Below, piece after piece: positions 59,186 through 64,000 of a stretch of 64,000 nucleotides of DNA. The position numbers were made by a program, and so were the translations under genes. The notes under the pieces were generated by a model. It did no database searches. It had not been told where the DNA came from and saw only the letters and a program-made list of their open reading frames with translations. Each line of letters begins with the position of its first letter. The first letter of the stretch is position 1. Source of the stretch: an uncultured Candidatus Saccharibacteria bacterium (lineage in GTDB: Bacteria; Patescibacteriota; Minisyncoccia; Phycocordibacterales; JAKAEA01); the NCBI GenBank assembly GCA_964532205.1, contig CAZHGQ010000004.1, positions 3,118 through 67,117 on the forward strand, read 5' to 3'.

Positions 59186-59449
59186 TCATTCCTTCATTCG
59201 CCTAATCGTCTTTGACAACACCGCAACGAGTTTGTTTGGGTTTGCTCCGCGGGCTAGCACCAACGCAATCATCATGATCTTCGAGAAAAACATAGCGGCA
59301 GCAATTCCTCCGATCGCCGCATACGCCGCCGCCAGCACACAAAAAACGACGACCACTCCAACCGTAACCCATCGTTCCGCCTGACTTACAACTGTCATCT
59401 TTCCCCCTTGTGAGAAACAGCAACTGGCTGTCGCACCGTGCGACATCAC
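59186..59449 (-). CDS. Small hydrophobic protein
   Basis: 2 TM segments; start uncertain. Confidence 0.4.
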   Translation of the reverse strand: MMSHGATASCCFSQGGKMTVVSQAERWVTVGVVVVFCVLAAAYAAIGGIAAAMFFSKIMMIALVLARGANPNKLVAVLSKTIRRMKE

Positions 59450-59560
59450 ACCCCACTATCCCTATATAGCCAGATAGACGCGCATTAAGTTCCCCGAGCA
59501 ACTTTCCTAGGAAAAATGAGATTTCCAATCCATGCAGAGCAGTAATCAACTAAACGGGTT

Positions 59561-59920
59561 CTCCACCCCGTGTGGTTGAGCGGCGTGCGGGTGCGTGAGC
59601 CGGGTGACCCGCGTGAGCCCCGTGAGGGGCCGTGAGGCGGGTAGTCGGGGGTGGCAAATTCAACACAACGAACGAATGAGCGCTCAACAGAGCGCTGGTT
59701 TGAAGGTAGTGGGCCTCCACCCCCTTGGAGGGGTGTGAGGAACCCGTGGAGCGGCGTTGTCCTTTACCAATTGTTCGATTCCTACCGAGGGCAGAGTAAG
59801 CATCGAGTCGCGCGCAGTGACTAACCCCTTCTGGGAAATGCGCGAAGTTTCGCGCGTTTCCAGTGCCGCTTCAGGCGGCAACCCGCAACGCGAACGCCAT
59901 TTCCGGGCCTCCGTTGCAAC
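59561..59920 (-). repeat. Intact inverted second attP (P 96 bp and P' 268 bp overlapping at the 4-bp core)
   Basis: 59561-59828 = reverse complement of 28147-28414; 59825-59920 = reverse complement of 61433-61528 (1 mismatch); CGCGCA-N22-TGCGCG dyad at 59811-59844 centred in the core. Confidence 0.9.
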
Positions 59921-60007
59921 AACAACGACACGAGTCACTGCCTTGGCGCATTTTTCTTAACGTGCTACTATGCGCGCGCAAATCATTAGCAGTTAATTCG
60001 CATTCAC

Positions 60008-61657
60008 ATGGAAACAATTCACAGCAGCGGCAGGTATTTCCTGTACGCGCGCAAATCCACCGATACGGAGGAAAAGCAGGTTCGAAGCATCGACGATCAA
60101 CTCGCCGAACTTCACGACTTCGCAAAGTCGCACAACCTCAACATCTTGGAGACGTTTATTGAACGGCGCACCGCGAAGATTCCGGGTCGCCCGGTATTCA
60201 ACGAAATGCTCGATCGCATCCAGCGCGGCGAAGCAGATGGCATCCTTGCTTGGCATCCTGATCGCCTCTCCCGCAACAGCATTGATGGCGGCAGGCTTAT
60301 CTACCTTGTCGACCAAGGTGTCATCCGTGATCTCAAGTTTCCCATCTACACATTTGACTCAACCTCGCAAGGCAAGTTCACACTTGCCATCGCTTTCGGA
60401 CAAAGCAAATACTACGTGGACAACCTTTCGGAAAACGTCAAACGCGCGATGCGGCAGAAGGCAAAAAGCGGTCAGTTTCCTGGCCGAGCACCAGTCGGCT
60501 ACCTAAACGATCCGCGTACACGAACGGTGGTGCTTGATCCTGCACGAAGCCACCTGGTGCGGAAAGTCTTCGAGCTTTTTGCAACCGGTCAGTGGTCGAT
60601 CCGCGAGCTACGCGCCACCAGCACCAAGCTCGGATTACTCAGCAGTTCTGAAAGGCCACTCTCACTCTCTGAAATGCACCGCTTCCTGCGCAACCCCTTC
60701 TACTACGGTCTGTTTCGCTATGCCGGTGAACTCTATGAAGGACGCCATGAACCACTCATTGCGAAATCCGTCTTTGATCGTGCCCAACTGGCACTGTCCC
60801 AGCGAACCAAACCCCGCTGGAAGCCTTCATCCGAGAAACTGTTTCAAGGCGTATTTCGGTGTGCCGCGTGTGGCGCGTTCATCACGACTGAAACACAGAA
60901 GGGACGTAACTACCTTCGGTGCACTCGCAAAAAAGGTGCCTGCTCACAGCCGTACCTGCGGGAGGATGATGCGGTCCGACAGATGCAGGTCATTCTTTCT
61001 GAGATCGCCGTGCCCCAGGAAACGGTCGATACACTTCGCGCTGAATTTACCGAGCGTAAAAAACAAGAAGCAACTCATCGCGCCGACAATCTCTTCGATC
61101 TTCATCAGCAATCTGCGGAGATAGACAGCAAACTTGAACGCCTCACAATCAGCTATCTCGACAACATCGTCACCCTCGACGAATACCGTTCAACCAAAGC
61201 GGCCATTCTGCTTGAGAAGACCAAAATCAAAGATGAAACCCGCCTGGTGGAACAACACTCGAACGGTTGGCTCGAACCGATGGAGGCCTTCATTGCAGAG
61301 CTTAACCAAGCCATTTCTGTGGTTTCTGGCTCAGATCTGCGAGAAAAACGCGATTTTCTCACAAGGGTCGGCTCGAACTTAATAATCCAGGATCGCACGA
61401 TCCACTACGATTTCCAGCCACTCTGGAAATACGTTGCAACGGAAGCCCGGAAATGGCGTTCGCGTTGCGGGTTGCCGCCTGAAGCGGCACTGGAAACGCG
61501 CGAAACTTCGCGCATTTCCCAGAAGGGGTGCCCAATGGGAATCGAACCCATATCGCCGGGACCACAATCCAGCGTTCTAACCGTTGAACTATGGGCACCA
61601 TATTTGCCCAGGTTTTTAGTAAACCCACCTAAGCATTGTGCGCAGGAGAGGATTTGA
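60008..61657 (+). CDS. Large serine recombinase (integrase C); C-terminus runs antisense through tRNA-His
   Basis: YARKS, PDRLSRN, CAACG; same subfamily signature as integrase A (RKS..E.Q..SIDDQ). Confidence 0.93.
   Translation: METIHSSGRYFLYARKSTDTEEKQVRSIDDQLAELHDFAKSHNLNILETFIERRTAKIPGRPVFNEMLDRIQRGEADGILAWHPDRLSRNSIDGGRLIYLVDQGVIRDLKFPIYTFDSTSQGKFTLAIAFGQSKYYVDNLSENVKRAMRQKAKSGQFPGRAPVGYLNDPRTRTVVLDPARSHLVRKVFELFATGQWSIRELRATSTKLGLLSSSERPLSLSEMHRFLRNPFYYGLFRYAGELYEGRHEPLIAKSVFDRAQLALSQRTKPRWKPSSEKLFQGVFRCAACGAFITTETQKGRNYLRCTRKKGACSQPYLREDDAVRQMQVILSEIAVPQETVDTLRAEFTERKKQEATHRADNLFDLHQQSAEIDSKLERLTISYLDNIVTLDEYRSTKAAILLEKTKIKDETRLVEQHSNGWLEPMEAFIAELNQAISVVSGSDLREKRDFLTRVGSNLIIQDRTIHYDFQPLWKYVATEARKWRSRCGLPPEAALETRETSRISQKGCPMGIEPISPGPQSSVLTVELWAPYLPRFLVNPPKHCAQERI
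61433..61528 (+). repeat. 96-bp attR arm (P) of element B
   Basis: Inverted copy of 59825-59920, ending in GGGG at the tRNA-His 3' end. Confidence 0.92.
61527..61599 (-). tRNA. tRNA-His (GTG), integration target
   Basis: G-1, acceptor GTGCCCA/TGGGCAC, C73, anticodon loop TTGTGGT, T-loop TTCGATT. Confidence 0.93.
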
Positions 61658-61722
61658 ACCTCCAAGCCCTTGCGGGCGCTACCACCTCAAGGTAGTGCGT
61701 CTGCCAATTTCGCCACCTGCGC
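61639..61722 (-). tRNA. tRNA-Leu (GAG)
   Basis: GCGCAGG/CCTGCGC stem, CTACC-TTGAGGT-GGTAG, long variable arm. Confidence 0.95.
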
Positions 61723-61894
61723 ATTCAAGGTCTTTCGACGTTGTGCATGAACTATAGCAAAATGATGCCTTTTTTCAAGCTCGATCAGCTTTCTATCAGA
61801 AAATGGTCGAAAACAAAAAATGACAACTTTGTTGTCATTTTTTGGTAGGCTGCACTTTCTATATATTCTACCCTGCCCTTTTAAATAATTTTGA

Positions 61895-62320
61895 TTATTC
61901 AGCAGCTGGAGTTTCAACCGGAGTTTCCTTTGTTTCAGCAGCTGGAGTTTCTTCGGTTCGCATACTCTGAGTTCGGCGCATTTCACGACTGATTTCCTTG
62001 GCTGCCTTCTTGCGGATATGATAGAGCTTTGCTCGACGAACTTTAGCGCGGCGGACAACTTCAATCTTATCAATTAATGGTGAGTATAGTGGGAAAATTT
62101 TCTCAACACCAACACCACTAGCTACTTTACGAACAGTAAATGTCGCACCGGCTTCGCTGCCATGCTTGCGGGCCAAAACCAAACCTTCAAAAACCTGAAG
62201 ACGTGTCTTGTCACCTTCCTTAATTTTCTGGTACACCTTTACAGTGTCGCCAGAGCGAAGGTTGAGAGTTGAGCGCTGCTCAACATTGACCGGAGAAATT
62301 GTGATGTTTTTCGTCTGCAT
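61895..62320 (-). CDS. rplS: 50S ribosomal protein L19
   Basis: [21 protein letters not shown]...TFTVRK...GVGVEK.FP...KVRRAKLY. Confidence 0.97.
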   Translation of the reverse strand: MQTKNITISPVNVEQRSTLNLRSGDTVKVYQKIKEGDKTRLQVFEGLVLARKHGSEAGATFTVRKVASGVGVEKIFPLYSPLIDKIEVVRRAKVRRAKLYHIRKKAAKEISREMRRTQSMRTEETPAAETKETPVETPAAE

Positions 62321-62373
62321 ATAAGTACGGAACACTTTAGCATACGGTTGTAGCTTTAGCAAGAGCCACGGTT

Positions 62374-63099
62374 TTAAGCCTTATGCTGGCGCATATCTTC
62401 CTGAGCCCGAACAAAATCCATAGGAAATGGCGCTTCAACCCGGGCCTCAGCACCATCAGGAGTTATAAACTCAAGGAGTCGAGCGTGCAGAGCCAACCGA
62501 ATAAAGCCCAAAGCCGCCTCGCGCTTGGGTGCATAGAGACCATCAGCCACAATCGGATGATTTATAGCCTTAAAATGCACGCGGATCTGGTGGGTGCGGC
62601 CAGTTTTTGGGTAGACCTCGACATATGTATGTGTGCCGTCATTCATTAATACCTTGTATTCAGTGATGGCTTCACGGGCTTCACCGCGACCACCTCGCTG
62701 AGCCGACCAGAGCCGAAAATCACTACGCGATCGGGCAATTGGTCGATTGATTACACCCTCTTCCCCCTTCATCACACCATACACAAAGGCATTGTAGGTT
62801 TTATGGACTTCACGGTCCTGAAATTGTTTTTTAAAAAACTCAAAGGCTTCAGCAGTTTTAGCAATGAGTAATACACCCGATGTTTCGCGGTCGAGCCGAT
62901 GCACAATACCCGAACGATGAATAACTGTGCCGTCAGTTTTGGTAATTGGTTCACCGACGTTTTTTGATTCTGGGTAATGCTCTTCAAACCATTCAGTCAC
63001 ATTTGGTTCAGCGGTCCGGCCATCAGCATGAACAACCAAGCCGGCCGGCTTGTTGATGACGACACAGTGTTTGTCTTCGTAAAGAATCTTGATATCCAT
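62374..63099 (-). CDS. RluA/RluD-family pseudouridine synthase
   Basis: [32 protein letters not shown]. Confidence 0.95.
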   Translation of the reverse strand: MDIKILYEDKHCVVINKPAGLVVHADGRTAEPNVTEWFEEHYPESKNVGEPITKTDGTVIHRSGIVHRLDRETSGVLLIAKTAEAFEFFKKQFQDREVHKTYNAFVYGVMKGEEGVINRPIARSRSDFRLWSAQRGGRGEAREAITEYKVLMNDGTHTYVEVYPKTGRTHQIRVHFKAINHPIVADGLYAPKREAALGFIRLALHARLLEFITPDGAEARVEAPFPMDFVRAQEDMRQHKA

Positions 63100-63175
63100 A
63101 ACGACATACTATCTGATTTTTGCAATATGTAAACGAAAGACAGATATGATACAGTATCGGCAGAAAGGATGTCTT

Positions 63176-63418
63176 ATGAATAACACCGAACTTCTGGATT
63201 TGTCTGTCCAGGCTCATCTGTGCGCCACAAAAAAATATCGCCGTCGGGCAATTTTCGAAGCAGCCAAAAAACTGGTTGGTGACACAAGCGAAGAAGAACG
63301 GGCCGAGGTTATCGCATTAATTTTCCGGACAATTATTGCACCGGAACCGAGTGAGCTTGGAAAAATTGAGAAGCGAGATCCCACCGTACCACTCATCATC
63401 CAGATCAAGTGCGACTAA
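63176..63418 (+). CDS. Hypothetical protein
   Basis: GAAAGGA SD before ATG; ends at a terminator. Confidence 0.5.
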   Translation: MNNTELLDLSVQAHLCATKKYRRRAIFEAAKKLVGDTSEEERAEVIALIFRTIIAPEPSELGKIEKRDPTVPLIIQIKCD

Positions 63419-63449
63419 CAAAAAGCCGAAGGTATTCCCTTCGGCTTTT
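63419..63449. terminator. Bidirectional terminator
   Basis: aaaagccgaagg-tattc-ccttcggctttt. Confidence 0.85.
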
Positions 63450-63452
63450 GCG

Positions 63453-63528
63453 TGGTGCGCGATGAGGGACTCGAACCCCCGACCTTCCCGGTGTAAACGG
63501 GTTGCTCTACCAACTGAGCTAATCGCGC
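63453..63528 (-). tRNA. tRNA-Val (TAC)
   Basis: GCGCGAT/ATCGCGC stem, loop TTTACAC, encoded CCA. Confidence 0.95.
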
Positions 63529-63587
63529 ATGTAAACACCTAATGTGGTGTTCACTATACAGGATTTTCTAAAAAAATCCAGATCTAG

Positions 63588-64000
63588 TTAAAACCCCAGT
63601 CTATGTTTGAAGAAGTCGCCAATACCACGAAAGAAACCATACCCTCGTGCTGGTTTGCCATTGCCTTGTGGCATGGTTGTAGAGCCCATACCCCATCCCC
63701 GCATCTCACCGACCATGATTTTGGTAGCAATAACAGATGTGCCGGAAATAGCACCTTCCACACCAGCACGATCACCAACTACCAACGCTGAGATAGTTGT
63801 TGTAGCACGATTCTTCATAACAAAAGCATTTGTTGCGTCAACTGTATATGTGGTTGTACCCTGATTACTTTGTATACCAGGCTGAGCCAATGTAATGGTT
63901 GTACCACTAATTGCAATGATTTGACCATGAACACCGTTGGGTATTTGGGGAACACGACCATCTTCAGGACGACCCCGACCGCTTGCTGCTAAGGCAAAAG
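63588..64000 (-). CDS. DUF5666-like protein (5' end outside the window)
   Basis: Frame open to the edge; GQIIAISGTTITL...YTVDA...LVVGDRAGVEG...ATKI. Confidence 0.7.
   Translation of the reverse strand, partial: FALAASGRGRPEDGRVPQIPNGVHGQIIAISGTTITLAQPGIQSNQGTTTYTVDATNAFVMKNRATTTISALVVGDRAGVEGAISGTSVIATKIMVGEMRGWGMGSTTMPQGNGKPARGYGFFRGIGDFFKHRLGF

Larger units (their letters stand above)
28147..61528. mobile_element. Element B: ~33.4-kb higher-GC integrative element inserted at a GGGG core at the tRNA-His 3' end
   Basis: GGGG at 28147-28150 and 61525-61528; removing it restores tacgttggggtgcccaat (tRNA end with CCA); abrupt composition change; terminal integrase. Confidence 0.88.

Noticed and set aside
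28147-59828. 268-bp inverted repeats read as transposon or IS terminal repeats
   Set aside because: No transposase or target-site duplication; the right copy continues into a second repeat matching the integrase end, which fits a duplicated attP better
59684-59938. 84-aa minus-strand ORF as an independent gene
   Set aside because: It is the duplicated integrase 3' end read across the spare attP; no convincing start or SD
28147-61528. Simple assembly chimera of two genomes as the explanation for the GC shift
   Set aside because: Junctions share only 4 bp and rebuild coherent attB/attP sites and an intact tRNA; not fully excluded without reads
1-64000. CRISPR array, DGR/retron, rRNA, prophage structural module
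   Set aside because: No repeat-spacer array, reverse transcriptase, rRNA, terminase, portal or capsid gene recognised

Overview
This looks like a low-GC chromosome segment of a Patescibacteria/CPR-like (probably Parcubacteria) bacterium; the host assignment is inferred from gene style. Left flank (1-15.45 kb): tatA, a Tat-signal protein and three tandem paralogous Thr/Gly/Ser-rich proteins that carry 9 copies of a ~70-aa module at variable positions, followed by surface and membrane genes. Right flank (61.5-64 kb): tRNA-His, tRNA-Leu, rplS, an RluA-family synthase and tRNA-Val. Between them are two nested serine-integrase elements at the 3' end of tRNA-His. Element A (15452-28150, host-like GC) carries a C5-MTase plus GHKL-nuclease RM pair, a CsoR/CopA copper cluster, a rep-like gene and integrase A. 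Element B (28147-61528, visibly higher GC, Planctomycetota/Phycisphaerae-like cargo) sits in a GGGG core at A's right end. It carries Pycsar, a PEP-CTERM hydrolase, two VirD4-like ATPases, a Replic_Relax protein, an RHS toxin and immunity pair, a 2OG-Fe(II) oxygenase/AlaX/MarR unit, an OLD-like nuclease, a primase and two further serine integrases. The most striking feature is that B holds a second, intact, inverted 360-bp copy of its own attP (59561-59920). This copy forms a 268-bp perfect inverted repeat around the cargo and a 96-bp inverted repeat around the integrase gene. B also carries an apparently unused attP for its other integrase. Family names come from motif recognition only; no database searches were run.
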